Made by a program: the position numbers and the translations under genes. Shown one piece after another: positions 11,226-21,877 of a stretch of DNA of 32,000 nt; position 1 is the first letter of the stretch; every line of letters begins with the position of its first letter. The notes beneath the pieces were generated by a model. It saw only the letters and a list, made by a program, of their open reading frames with translations, made no database searches and had not been told where the DNA came from. Source of the stretch: Candidatus Saccharimonadota bacterium (lineage in GTDB: Bacteria; Patescibacteriota; Gracilibacteria; BD1-5; UBA6164); the NCBI GenBank assembly GCA_965229705.1, contig OZ245922.1, positions 180,001 through 212,000 of the forward strand, in the 5' to 3' direction.

Positions 11226-11876
11226 ATGCAGTCATACGATAGGGCAGCAAAAAGCTTTGCTCAGAGTCGAAAAAATATGCGATGGCCAGAGATAGAGTAT
11301 TTTTTTCAGTTTCTCCCAAAGAGAGGAAACATCCTCGATATTGGTTGTGGGAGTGGCAGATTACTCTCACATTATTATGAGTATTTTTGAGAGTTTCCTA
11401 CAGAGTATATATGACTAGATAGCTCAGCGTGACTTTTACGAGAAGCAAAAAATACATATCCATATAAGCGATGGATACTCTGAGATATGACAGATATTCC
11501 ATTTTTGTGAGAAGGTTTTGTATGAGATATATTTATGGTAGCGAGCTTTCATCACCTCGAGAGTATGGAGGAGAGAAAGCAGTGCCTAAGGGGTCTGGAG
11601 AAATTTCTCTGAAAATGAAATATCGTGTACATGACATCCTGGGCGCTCATATACCCAAGTTTGCAAAAGGTATATGCAAAAAATGAAATAGTAGAAAGTG
11701 AGAATATATATTGATCAAAAGACTTTTCTCTCAAACTTGGGAATTCTCAAAGATATTATCATGGTTTTTCTCTTGGAGAGCTTGAGTATCTTGTGTGAGA
11801 AAGTGGGTATACTCTCAAAGAGAATAGACTGTTTGACGGAGAGAAGAATATCATTACAGTATTTTCAAAATGCTAA
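11226..11876 (+). CDS. Class I SAM-dependent methyltransferase (216 aa)
   Basis: Motif I is ...GNILDIGCGSGRLL... and the post-I/II region is ...DMTDIPFLGEGFVGDIFMVASFHHL.... It has about 11 in-frame TGA. I verified ATG 11226 to TAA 11874-11876 codon by codon. Confidence 0.75.
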
Positions 11877-11887
11877 ATCTTTGGTTT

Positions 11888-14122
11888 ATGGCAAAATCAC
11901 AAAATTATGATACGCATATAGAAGCAGTAGATACACAAATAGCATCTATTATTTCTCGCGCGATTTCATATATGTGAGAAATGGAAGAATCAGAAGTAAG
12001 AGAAAGTATTTTGCAGGCATATGACTTTGCAAAATCTGCTCATGAGCATGACACTCGCCTATCATGAGAACCATATATTTCCCATCCTGTTGCCGCAACG
12101 CAGATACTGCTCTCACTCAGCCCAGATATAGAAACCATACAAGCATGTCTTCTTCACGATGTTATAGAGGATACTGAGTATACCTATGAGGATATTTTAG
12201 AGATATTTGGACAGGATGTTGCGAGACTTTGTAGTGGCATGTCAAAACTCGAGAAAGTACGCTATAGAGGAGAAGAGCGAGCCATAGGAAGTCTAAGGAA
12301 GATGTTTGTTGCGATGGCAGAGGATATTAGAGTGATATTTATCAAGCTCTCTGATCGCCTGCATAATATGCAAACACTTCACTATCATCCAAAACCAGAA
12401 AAGCAAAAAAGAATAGCAGAAGAAACACTCAATATCTACTCTCCCATTGCCTGACGCCTGGGTTTGTATACACTAAAAAATGATCTTGAGAATGAGTGTT
12501 TTAAAATACTCTATCATGACGAATATGAAACACTGATAGAACATCTCAAAGAACTTTCGGAAAGCAGAAAAGAGTTTCAAAACTCAGCGATTCTTGAGAT
12601 ACAAAAACTTTTGAGCTCGGTAGATATTGCTCATAAAGTAGATTTTCGAGTGAAGTCTCCCTACTCGATATATAAAAAAATGCAAAGAAAAGGTATTTCT
12701 CATCCTGCTGATTTATATGATATTTACGGAGTGAGAATTATTGTTCCATCAATAGCTGATTGTTATCGTGTTCTTGGTGAGATTCACAGTAAATGGCACA
12801 CGCTTCCTTATAGATTTAAAGATTATATCGCTTTACCAAAACCCAATGGATACCAGAGTCTGCATACGACGATAGTATGATTTTTAAAAAACTTTACGGC
12901 GCAACCTACAGAACTACAGATTCGTACAGAAGATATGCATGTACGATCAGAGATTGGAGTTGCAGCGCATTTTGAATACAAGGAGAAGGGAAGTAAGATT
13001 GCAACAGAGATTGACTGGGTAAGTGATCTGAGAGATGCGGCATGACAAGAAGGGGGAAAGGATCTCTTGGATTCACTCCGGGGAGATACTTTTCGAAATC
13101 GTATATTTATTTTTACTCCTAGAGGTGACCTGGTAAACTTGCCCGTATGATCAACACCGATAGATTTTGCGTATCAGGTACATACAGATCTTGGAAACCA
13201 TATTTCTATCGCAAAAGTAAACTCGCAGGTTCATCCTCTTGATAAAGAGCTTTCCAATGGAGATATTGTAGAAGTGATTATAGATAAAAATCGAAAACCG
13301 AGTCCTTTTTGGTTAGGGTTTGTAAAAACGATTAAGGCAAAAAATAATATTAAGTCATACTTACACAAAGGAGACAAGGAGCTACATCGTGATCGAGGGA
13401 AAGAGATTATCAATAAGTATCTTGAGAAATCTGGACTGAGTCTTTTGGATAAAGACCTGACAGTTTTAAAAAATATTGATGAAAGAGAGCTTAATATAGA
13501 AGAGCGTCTTCAACTCTTAGAGCAGGTAGGAAACTTCTCTATTACGCCCGCATCTCTCCTTAGGCGTATTATGCGGTCACTCAAGATTCCCTATCACAAA
13601 AAATCTTCATCGCAAAATGGAGAAACTCTCTCGGGAGCTAGTACTCAGTCATCTCAAAGTGATCATAAGGAAATCATTATTTGAGGAGAAGAAAATATTC
13701 CCTATAAACAATGCCGAAGTTGTTGTGCTCATGGTATTCCTGAGAGTATTGTAGCGCATATAAATTCTCGTGGTCATTTCACTATTCACGCTCGAACATG
13801 TCGCGTTCTCAATGGGGTAAATAAGGATCGTTTGATGAATGCTTTTGTAAAATGAGAGGAGTATCAGAGTCGCTTTAGTATATCCTTAACAGTCGATAAT
13901 ATTCCATGAATGTTTAAGTCTGTTTCAGAGGTTTTGTATGCTATGGAAATTAATATTGATGAGATTCATACGCGCAAGAGGTCTTCGTCTGCAACGGAGA
14001 TAGTGTTTTCTCTAGAAATACCGGATTATGAGTATTTATTGATTGATAGGTTTTTGGAAAGGGTAAAAATAGTTCTTTGAAAGGGTTTACATGATTATCA
14101 GTTACAAAAAATAGATATATAA
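11888..14122 (+). CDS. rel: Bifunctional (p)ppGpp synthetase/hydrolase, long RSH (Rel/SpoT), 744 aa
   Basis: Contains the HD hydrolase motifs (ISHPVAATQIL, LLHDVIEDT), the synthetase motifs (RVKSPYSIYKKM, GYQSLHTTIV), a TGS region (IFIFTPRGDLVNLP) and an ACT-like C-terminus. Track pieces 12239.., 12464.. and 13274.. are co-framed. Stop is TAA 14120-14122. Confidence 0.9.
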
Positions 14123-14179
14123 GCCCTCCCTTCATGGGAAGCAAGAGCTAGTGAGAGTTGAAGTACATGCGAGAAAATA

Positions 14180-14449
14180 TTATTTTCTGATTTCGAGCGC
14201 TTTGATGACTTCTTCGTACTTTGCCGTATCTTTTCTTTTGAGATAGGAGAGCATTTTTCTTCTTTTTGCTACCATCATCATGATCCCTCTTCGAGAATGG
14301 TTATCTTTTTTATGTTCGAGGAGGTGTTCTTTGAGGTTTTCTATTTTTGCGGTAAGTATTGCTATTTGTACTTCAGCGGAACCGGTATCATCTTTTTTCT
14401 TTGAAAACTTCTTGATGATGCTTTCTTTGTCTTTTTTTGTAACTGCCAT
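14180..14449 (-). CDS. rpsO: 30S ribosomal protein S15
   Basis: Intact 89-aa ORF: [74 protein letters not shown]..., a typical S15. Confidence 0.95.
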   Translation of the reverse strand: MAVTKKDKESIIKKFSKKKDDTGSAEVQIAILTAKIENLKEHLLEHKKDNHSRRGIMMMVAKRRKMLSYLKRKDTAKYEEVIKALEIRK

Positions 14450-14515
14450 GTTGGTGTATTTTTATAAAGGTAAAAGGTAGTGAACCAGAAAATACGCTCG
14501 TAAACTACGAGGAAG

Positions 14516-14543
14516 AGTATATACCAAAAGCTTTTCTCAGCAA
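14516..14543 (-). promoter_or_regulatory. Candidate rpsO promoter (TTGCTG-16 nt-TATACT on minus strand)
   Basis: The plus strand shows agtata at 14516-14521 (-10) and cagcaa at 14538-14543 (-35). The ~60-nt leader contains the hairpin CUCGU-AGUUU-ACGAG. Confidence 0.4.
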
Positions 14544-14606
14544 ATTTTTTGTCTTGTTTTTGTTGAGGTTCAAAAAAAGGAGAAGATATTTCCTCTCCGA
14601 ACTTAT

Positions 14607-14645
14607 AAAGAGGGCTCCCCGAAGGGAGCCCTCTTTCTTTTTCTG
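14607..14645 (+). terminator. Very strong GC-rich hairpin plus T-run (intrinsic-terminator-like) with no gene to terminate
   Basis: aaagagggctcc (14607-14618) pairs perfectly with ggagccctcttt (14625-14636) around loop ccgaag, followed by ctttttctg. Confidence 0.5.
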
Positions 14646-14786
14646 CCTTTGAGACAATTTTTTCATTGAAAATTCTCCATAGTTAAGTTTGCAAACTTGG
14701 AGTCATGTTTTCAGACTCCCATACCCTACGCTTCTCGAATTAGAAGTATAAGGTATCAGAAGTCTGAAAAGCTATAGTAGGCAGAA
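14641..14786. ncRNA. Candidate structured RNA of unknown class (strand unresolved)
   Basis: An 8-bp closing helix pairs ttctgcct (14641-14648) with aggcagaa (14779-14786). It encloses the palindrome aagtttgcaaactt (14685-14698) and a ~20-bp interrupted hairpin at 14708-14770: ttttcagact/agtctgaaaa, atacc/ggtat and cttct/agaag. A competing 6-bp hairpin ggagtc/gactcc lies at 14699-14719. Confidence 0.3.
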
Positions 14787-15016
14787 AATCTATCTTTGTA
14801 TACCAAGACCTCACAAGGCTCGTATATCAAAAATAGAAAGATACCTACTATATTTTTATGTTAAAGATCAGTTGGATCACAAGTTATCCAAAAATTATGA
14901 AAATATATATAATCAAAAAAAAATAGTATGTCAAAATTTTTATCACACTTTTTCATCACACTTTTACAAAAAGCCCATACAATGAGAAAATATCACATCA
15001 TATTTTCAAAAACAAT

Positions 15017-17338
15017 ATGCAATACAGACAAAAAAAGTATACATCAAGATTTCAACAACAACTCGAAAGTATCCCTCGAGAATACCTCGTTATTATATTT
15101 TTTGTTTTATTTACTCTTTATATCATTTCTAGCAGTTTTTCTTATACCATACTCAACTACAACTTTTATAAAACACTTGCAGATAAACAACAAATAGGAG
15201 AAATAGAAGTCCCCGTCACAAGAGGAAACATCTATGCAAGCTCAGCAATAGACCCAAAACAAAAACCTATTTTAGCAACATCAGTAGAACTCATGGATAT
15301 CGCCATTGATCCGCAAATGGTGTGAGATACACAAAAACTCAAAGACTTCCTCACAGACATCCTCTACCTTGAAATGTGCGAAAACCATAGCAACGAAACA
15401 TGTTATAAAAAAATGCTCAGATTTCTCAAAAAGTCAGAAATACCAGCTTTTTCATTTAGTCCTCAAGCAGTTAAGTCACGAATATCACAAAGACTCGAAG
15501 AAAGACTCTCACAAACACGAGTTACAAGTGTCCTTATCAAAGAAAACCTCTCTCCAGATGATGAAAAAGAACTTCTCTCATGGCGTATTGCTTGACTGTA
15601 CCCAAGCGTAAATGGAGTGTATGTAAACCCTGAAGAAATAATCGAAAAAGAAAGATTTTTAGAGACATACTCACAATATTTTTCTCAAAAAAAAGACGAA
15701 CTCGAATACAAAATACGCAAAAGAGACCTGAGATATATAGCTATATATCAAAAACTCTCACTCACTAGCTCAGATGAAGTGAGGTATTTTCTCAGAGAAG
15801 AAAAAAAAGCCGTCGAACAATGAATCATAACAGAAGAAGAATCAATAGGAAACTTTTTTGTTTTTGATACTCGCACACAGAGAATATATTCCGAACACAC
15901 AACAGCCTCACAAGTGATAGGCTTTATTGATAACGAAGGCGTATGACACTATGGAATAGAGTGATATTTTCATAATGAACTCAAGTGAGATCCCTGAGCT
16001 CTTGTTGGAAAAAAAGATGTACGTGGTAGACCGATTGATCCTATATCTTTGGGAGAAGAAAATAATTCTTCACAAGAATGAGTAGATATTTATACCAGTA
16101 TTGATCGAAATATTCAAAAAATGGCTGAAGATATCATTCATGACGGAGTGATTCGCTACTGGGCAAACAAAGGAAGTATCGTTGTTATGGAACCGAAAAC
16201 GTGACGCATACTCGCGCTGGCAAACTATCCAAAATATGATCCTCATACCCCTTGAGAAGTATATACATTGCAAAAAGTCACGCCAGAAAATACTCCTCGT
16301 CCAGAGACAGACTTACTCTGAAAAATAGTATTTGTTGAAGATCTTGCTGCGTGAGATTCACTGTATTTTGAAGGAAAAGAGATATTTTTGCGAGAAGCAC
16401 TCAGAGAAGAATATGCAGATGATACACTTCAAAAATATATCTATACTAACGGTTATGGTCCATGAGTATACAGAAATGATACCGTATCTTCACTCTATGA
16501 GCCCGGAAGTATCCTTAAACCTCTTACAGTTGCTATCGGTATAGATACAAACGAGATAACGGCATATGAGAGATATCAGGATGTAGGAAAACTGACTATT
16601 GATAACTTTACTATAGAAAATGATTCAGATACATGCCTGTGATATCATACATTTACTCACGCACTTAGCTACTCATGTAATGTGTGAATGATTCGTATTG
16701 TTCAACGCGTATGAAAATCACTCTTTCATAAGTATTTACATGATTTCTGATTTTGAGATTTGAGTGGTATACAGCTTGATGGAGAAGTATTTTGAAAAAT
16801 AGAAGCCCACGAAAGATGGTCAACTGCCAAACTTCTCACAAGTTCTTATGGTCTTGGTGTTTCAGTAACGCCATTACAAATGGCAGCAGCGTACAGTGTA
16901 CTGGCAAATGGATGAGTATATATGCGACCATATATTGTAGATAAAATTGTTTCTCCAAATGGAAAAACGCAAGAATATAGTCCTCAAAAAATACGAAGAG
17001 TCCTCCACGAAGAAACAGCAAATACTGTAACAAGCATGCTCGTTGCGTGAGTAAATGATGGCGCTGCAAGAAATGCGAAAGTTGCATGATATGCGGTTGC
17101 TGGAAAAACATGAACAGCGCAAATTGCCTATAGGTGAAAATACGAAGAATGAGTAGCATCAACATACGCCTCTTTTGCGTGATATGCTCCTGCAGAAGAT
17201 CCTCTGTTTGTTATTGTAGTGAAACTGGAAAGACCAAGACAAAATCAGTATGGTGGTCATACCGCTGCATATCTTTTTTCCGAGCTTACACAAAAGCTTC
17301 TCGATTATTATCAAATACCAAAAAAAGAAGAGCAATAA
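15017..17338 (+). CDS. Class B penicillin-binding protein (FtsI/PBP2-type transpeptidase), 773 aa
   Basis: Has an N-terminal TM anchor (YLVIIFFVLFTLYIISSSF). The transpeptidase triad is SxxK (EPGSILKP), SxN (YSCN) and KTG (AGK-T-G-TAQ, with the Gly encoded by TGA 17111-17113). Track pieces 15017.., 15374.. and 15617.. are co-framed. Stop is TAA 17336-17338. Confidence 0.88.
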
Positions 17339-17448
17339 GAATATAAAAAAATTTGCAAGCAATATTTTTTTTATATAATTGTCGAGCTTTGAGAAAAGCA
17401 AAGATACAAGAGAGTTCTTTTAGAGCTTTTCCTTGAGGAAACATATAT

Positions 17449-17538
17449 GCGCGGGTGGTGGAATTGGTAGACACGCACGCTTGAGGGGCGTGTGCCGAGA
17501 TTATTGGCGTGAGAGTTCAAGTCTCTCTCCGCGCACCA
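17449..17538 (+). tRNA. tRNA-Leu (anticodon GAG), long variable arm, CCA encoded
   Basis: Acceptor gcgcggg pairs with tccgcgc. D arm is gtg-gaattggtaga-cac. The anticodon stem cacgc/gcgtg carries loop ttGAGgg. There is a long variable arm and T arm gagag-ttcaagt-ctctc, ending in a-cca. Confidence 0.9.
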
Positions 17539-17541
17539 TAT

Positions 17542-17616
17542 GCCGGGGTAGCTCAGGGGTAGAGCAGGGGACTGAAAATCCCTGTGTCGGTGGTTCAAAT
17601 CCGCCCCTCGGCACCA
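17542..17616 (+). tRNA. tRNA-Phe (anticodon GAA), CCA encoded
   Basis: Sequence is gccgggg-ta-gctc-aggggta-gagc-a-gggga-ctGAAaa-tccct-gtgtc-ggtgg-ttcaaat-ccgcc-cctcggc-a-cca. It starts 3 nt after tRNA-Leu. Confidence 0.9.
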
Positions 17617-17716
17617 TTGTTACAATACAAATCGTTTTCATAGAAATATGAGAGCGATTTTTTTTGGTAAAAAAGATTTTTTATGTATATTATCCATAAT
17701 ATATATTCAAAATATT

Positions 17717-17959
17717 ATGCATATACAAGTCTGTACAGGAAAATCGTGTTCAGGAAGATTTTCAAACTATATTATCACGCGTCTCAAAAATGATGAGAAA
17801 TTTTACGATCGAAAAGATATGAAGATCAGTGAGTCTGGTTGTATGTGAAACTGTAAAAAAGCTCCAAATATCAAGATAGCAAACCAATCACATGAATATG
17901 TTTCCCCAGCTCGTGCAAGTGAATTAGTTAGTAAAGAATATCATAATGCAAATATATAA
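17717..17959 (+). CDS. Thioredoxin-like [2Fe-2S] ferredoxin family protein (80 aa)
   Basis: Sequence is [24 protein letters not shown]...[16 protein letters not shown].... The Cys pattern is C-x4-C ... C-x3-C, and the Gly of CMGNC is encoded by TGA 17846-17848. I preferred the ATG at 17717 over the track start 17648. It overlaps cysS by 14 nt. Confidence 0.6.
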
Positions 17960-19478
17960 CACCCTCACAAGAGAAAAAGAAATTTTCAAACCTCTCAAAC
18001 ACCCTGAAGTCAAGATATATCAGTGTGGTCCAACAGTATACAATCATGCACATATATGAAACCTCAAAACATCAGTGATTGAAGATGTGGTTGCGCGAAT
18101 ATTGGAATTTGTATGATACAAGGTACATGTCACCATGAATATTACAGATATTGATGACAAAACAATTCGTGATAGTCAAGAATCCTGAGAAAACCTCAAA
18201 GATTTTACAGAAAAGTATACGAAGATATTTTTTGAAGATCTAGAAAAACTATTATGTCGCAAGCCTAATATAGTAGAACCTATATCTAACATCATACCAG
18301 AAATGGTACGCATGATTCAAACAATGATCAATAGAGGTTTTGCTTACCATGCAGAAGATGGGAGTATATATTTTGATATCTCAAAATCAGAAAACTATGG
18401 ACAACTCGCACAACTCGATTTCCAAGGAATGAAAAGCTCAGTGCGAGTAGATAATGATGAATATGATAAAGAACATGCGTCTGACTTTGTTCTTTGGAAA
18501 GCTTGGAAGCAAGAAGATGGAGAAAACTTTTGGCAAGAGAGTTTTGTTATTCCATCTTCTGAGTCCTCAGATCAGTCTTGAAGTTCTCTTTCAAAGTGAG
18601 AGGAGGGAAAGAGGGTAGTGATAAAGTGACGCCCATGATGGCATATAGAGTGTAGTGCTTGCGCTATGAAACACTGCGGAAAGCAGATAGATATTCACAT
18701 GGGAGGAGAAGATCTTATTTTTCCGCATCATCAAAATGAGATTGCGCAAAGTGAGGCGTGTACCGGAAAACAGTTCAGTAAGTACTGGTTACACTCAGGG
18801 CATCTCATGGTAGATGGAAAAAAGATGAGTAAGTCACTGGGAAACTTTCACACGCTGCGTGATATAGAAAACCGCTATTTTTCAGATAACCCTGTGCAAG
18901 ATGAGAGTTCCAAAAAGAGATTATATAGGGCATTGAGAATGGGTTTTATTAACGGAAAATATAGAGATAAAATAGACTTTAGTTTTAGGAAACTTGAGCA
19001 AAATATTGCGAGTCTGAAAAATATTGATGAAACTTTTCAGAAAATGGCTTTCTATAGAAGAGAGAGTGATGGAGTAAGATCAGAGTTTCGAGACTATATG
19101 CAGGCTGTTATGCAACGCTTTGTATCTGCTCTCGAAAATGACTTTGCACTTCCTGAAGCGTTTGCGGTACTTTTTGAGTTTTCAAAGTATGTGTGAACAG
19201 AGCTGATTCAAAAAAGTCTCTCAGATAGTGAATTGGACTCATGTAAGGAAATGTACAAGAGCTGGAATCAGGTTTTGTGAATACTCGATACCTCTCTGTT
19301 TGATATACAGCAAGATATGGAAATTCCCGAAGATATTAAGGAGCTTTCCAGGCAGCGAGATGAGGCAAAGTCACAAAGAAATTACGTTCTTGCTGATAGT
19401 ATCAGGGATGAGATAGTTCAAAGAGGCTACATCATCAAAGATACCGAGCAAGGAGCAGTGATAGAAAAAAAACGGTAG
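17946..19478 (+). CDS. cysS: Cysteinyl-tRNA synthetase
   Basis: Contains [13 protein letters not shown] (Gly = TGA 18057-18059), KGRPGWHIECSA (both Gly = TGA 18627-18629 and 18636-18638, next to Trp = TGG) and KMSKSLGN. Track pieces 18303.. and 18666.. are co-framed. Stop is TAG 19476-19478. Confidence 0.93.
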
Positions 19479-19557
19479 AAGCAGAGTTCTCAGAAAGATT
19501 GTATTTTATTTAGTTTATTATATAATTACGCTATATATTACCATATAATTATACACT

Positions 19558-19839
19558 ATGCAGTATACAACTCCTACCGAGATAGTGGAGAAAGGGAGTA
19601 AGGTTTTTGAAGAATATCAACAAGCAGTAGTCTTACAAAATGATGAGCCTATTTGAATTTTGTTTGGTTGAGATCTTGCACAAGTACTGATGGAAAATGA
19701 TGTAATAACTCAATTACGTGAAGAGTTGTGGGAACTGAACGATGAAGAAACAAATTCTATGGTTGTAGATTATAGAAATAATTGACTATCAGAAGACTCT
19801 ATTTCTTTCAGTGATTTTAAGAAAGAACATGACTTATAA
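19558..19839 (+). CDS. Putative type II antitoxin (93 aa) upstream of the RelE-like toxin
   Basis: Sequence is MQYTTPTEIVEKGSKVFEEYQQAVVLQNDEPIGILFGGDLAQVLMEND...: small and acidic at the C-terminus. It overlaps the toxin gene by 11 nt. Family assignment is by position and size only. Confidence 0.5.
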
Positions 19840-20095
19840 AATATTTATAAAAAGTAAAAAGGTATTTGAAAAAGATATTTCTCATATTCCGAGAAAAGAC
19901 GTAAAAGTTATTTTTCAAAAAATACATTTACTACAAGAGCAATGAACTAGTATAACACAAATAAAAAGACTCAAGAAATATAGCTTGTGTGATTATCGTT
20001 TGCGAGTATGAAGCTATAGAGTACTTCTTAGTGTTCATAAACAGAAAAAACAAGTAGTGATATTTCGAGTACTTCATAGATCAAAATTGTATTAG
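19829..20095 (+). CDS. RelE/ParE-family type II toxin (88 aa)
   Basis: The core ...LKKYSLCDYRLRVGSYRVLLSVHKQKKQVVIFRVLHRSKLY matches the RelE/ParE pattern (DYRLRVG-YRV...V.HR). The Gly of RVGSYRV is encoded by TGA 20009-20011. Stop is TAG 20093-20095. Confidence 0.7.
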
Positions 20096-20122
20096 TTGAG
20101 TATATTGTAGAAAACAAGATTA

Positions 20123-20389
20123 CTATGTAAATTTTCTCTTTTTCCCTGACTGAATCATACACAGCTTTCTTTTTTGAGAGAGTTTTTTTATCTCTCCTTC
20201 TCTCTTACTTGCACATGATCTATCAGGAAACTCCTCAGTATACATAAGCTCAAAAGGAAGTCTTCCTCTCATATACTTTGCTCATCAGGGTATTTTTCCT
20301 TCATGCATTTGGAGTCTTTTTTCGAGATTATTCGTGATACCTGTATAGAGAGTATTATCAGAACATTTGAGGATATAGACGATATACAT
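20123..20389 (-). CDS. GIY-YIG domain protein (YhbQ/UPF0213-like, 88 aa)
   Basis: Sequence is MYIVYILKCSDNTLYTGITNNLEKRLQMHEGKIPGGAKYMRGRLPFELMYTEEFPDRSCASKREGEIKKLSQKRK.... It runs from ATG 20389 to TAG 20123-20125. Confidence 0.8.
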
Positions 20390-20445
20390 TTTTTGTTTTA
20401 GGTTTTTTCTGTAAGATAACTTTATATATATTTTTAAGAATCTTT

Positions 20446-21690
20446 ATGACAACAGAAACTCTTTTCTACATTATACTCGCAATATTTCTCTGAGAAACAC
20501 TTTTGACAAAAATACTCTCATATCTCAATACCACATGCTGGAGTGAGACACTTCCAGAAGAGCTCAAAGATATATATGACGAGAAAAAATATGCAAAGTC
20601 TCAAAAATATGAAAAAACAAAATATACTTTTGGTATTCTGTCTTCTTCAGTCACTTTTATCATCATGTTTTGCGTTTTGTATTTTGGAGGTTTTGGTCTT
20701 CTTGATAGCTTTTTGAGACAATATACAGAAAATAATATTCTTCTTGCTTTGTGCTTTTTTGGGAGTATCACGATTGTATCTCTATGTATTTCTCTGCCGT
20801 TTTCTTACTATTCAAGCTTTGTGATTGAAGAGAAGTTTGGCTTTAACAAGATGACGAGAACAATATTTTTTACAGACACGCTCAAGTCACTGTTTCTCTC
20901 AGCACTTATAGGGGCTCCACTTTTGTCTCTGATAGTATGGATTTATACACTTATTGGACAAAGTTTTTGGCTCTATGCTTGGGGAATATCTACGCTATTT
21001 TCTCTTTTTATGATGATGTTTTATTCTCAACTTATAGTTCCTTTGTTTAACAAGCAAACACCACTAGAAGATGGCGAACTCAAAACAGCTATTCATAGCT
21101 TTGCGGAAAAAGTGGGGTTTCCAGGTTGTGATATCTATGTCATAGATGGTTCAAAACGAAGTAGTAAGGCAAATGCATACTTTAGTGGTTTTGGTCCTCG
21201 AAAGCGAATAGTACTTTTTGATACGCTGATAACAGACCTCAATACTCAAGAACTTGTTGCGGTACTTGCTCATGAAATAGGGCACTATAAAAAGAAACAC
21301 ACCCTTCAAATGCTGTGTATGAGTATCGCGCAAACGGGACTGATACTTTTTTTCTTTTCTCTTGCACTGGGTATTCCAGAGGTGTCTTATGCTCTTGGAG
21401 GAGAAGTGCAGAGTTTTCATCTCTGAGCCGTGGCGTTTGGGATTTTGTTTACGCCTCTTTCTATTATTCTTGGGATATTTACGAGTATATTTTCTCGAAA
21501 AAATGAATATGAAGCTGATGCTTATGCCCGAGATCATTATTCATGAGAATATTTGAGAAATGCGCTCATACAACTTTCACGAAACAATCTTTCAAATCTG
21601 AGACCACATCCTGTCTATGAATTTTTTTACTATTCACATCCAACAGTCCTCAAACGCTTAAGCAGTCTCTGAGAAACAAAAAACTCCTAG
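20446..21690 (+). CDS. M48-family zinc metallopeptidase (Ste24/HtpX-like), 414 aa
   Basis: Multi-TM N-terminal half with the HExxH motif [12 protein letters not shown] and the downstream ...NEYEADAYA... and ...HPTVLKRL.... The ATG at 20446 lies upstream of track ORF 20503..21426 and is joined to it through TGA. Stop is TAG 21688-21690. Confidence 0.85.
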
Positions 21691-21718
21691 CTTACTCTGA
21701 CTCTATCGAGCTATCAGC

Positions 21719-21745
21719 AACCCCGGGGTATCATACCCCGGGGTT
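21719..21745 (+). terminator. GC-rich hairpin after the M48 gene
   Basis: aaccccggggta pairs with taccccggggtt around a short loop. The trailing T-run (attt) is weak. Confidence 0.4.
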
Positions 21746-21815
21746 ATTTGGAGGAAGGAGAGAAAAAAAGAGTTTCTCAGAGTTTCCTGAAAGACCCTCA
21801 AAAAATAAAGTTTTT

Positions 21816-21845
21816 TTGATTTTTTCCTACAAAATGTGTTATACT
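21816..21845 (+). promoter_or_regulatory. Candidate promoter of the K+ channel gene (TTGATT-18 nt-TGT-TATACT, extended -10)
   Basis: -35 is at 21816-21821 and -10 at 21840-21845, preceded by tgt. It lies 33 nt upstream of ATG 21878. Confidence 0.3.
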
Positions 21846-21877
21846 AGAAGAACTTTACTGCTAAGTACTATTTCGAA

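Noticed and set aside
14481-14774. 98-codon stretch without TAA/TAG on the plus strand inside the rpsO-PBP gap.
   Set aside because: It has no ATG, its composition is not protein-like, and it runs straight through the palindromes and hairpins. It is better explained as structured non-coding DNA or RNA.
14884-14892. DnaA-box-like TTATCCAAA, with nearby TTATCACAC-like strings, suggesting oriC.
   Set aside because: It is a single near-consensus box, the other strings have 3-4 mismatches, and there is no dnaA/dnaN context or box cluster.
17371-17651. Track ORFs overlapping the tRNA genes (17371..17598-, 17433..17651+).
   Set aside because: The region folds into two canonical cloverleaf tRNAs, so the ORFs are artefacts.
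17648-17716. N-terminal extension of the ferredoxin-like gene from the track start at 17648.
   Set aside because: The extension (MRAIFFGKKDFLCILSIIYIQNI) begins right after the tRNA genes and is not typical of this family, which usually starts a few residues before the first Cys. The ATG at 17717 fits better.
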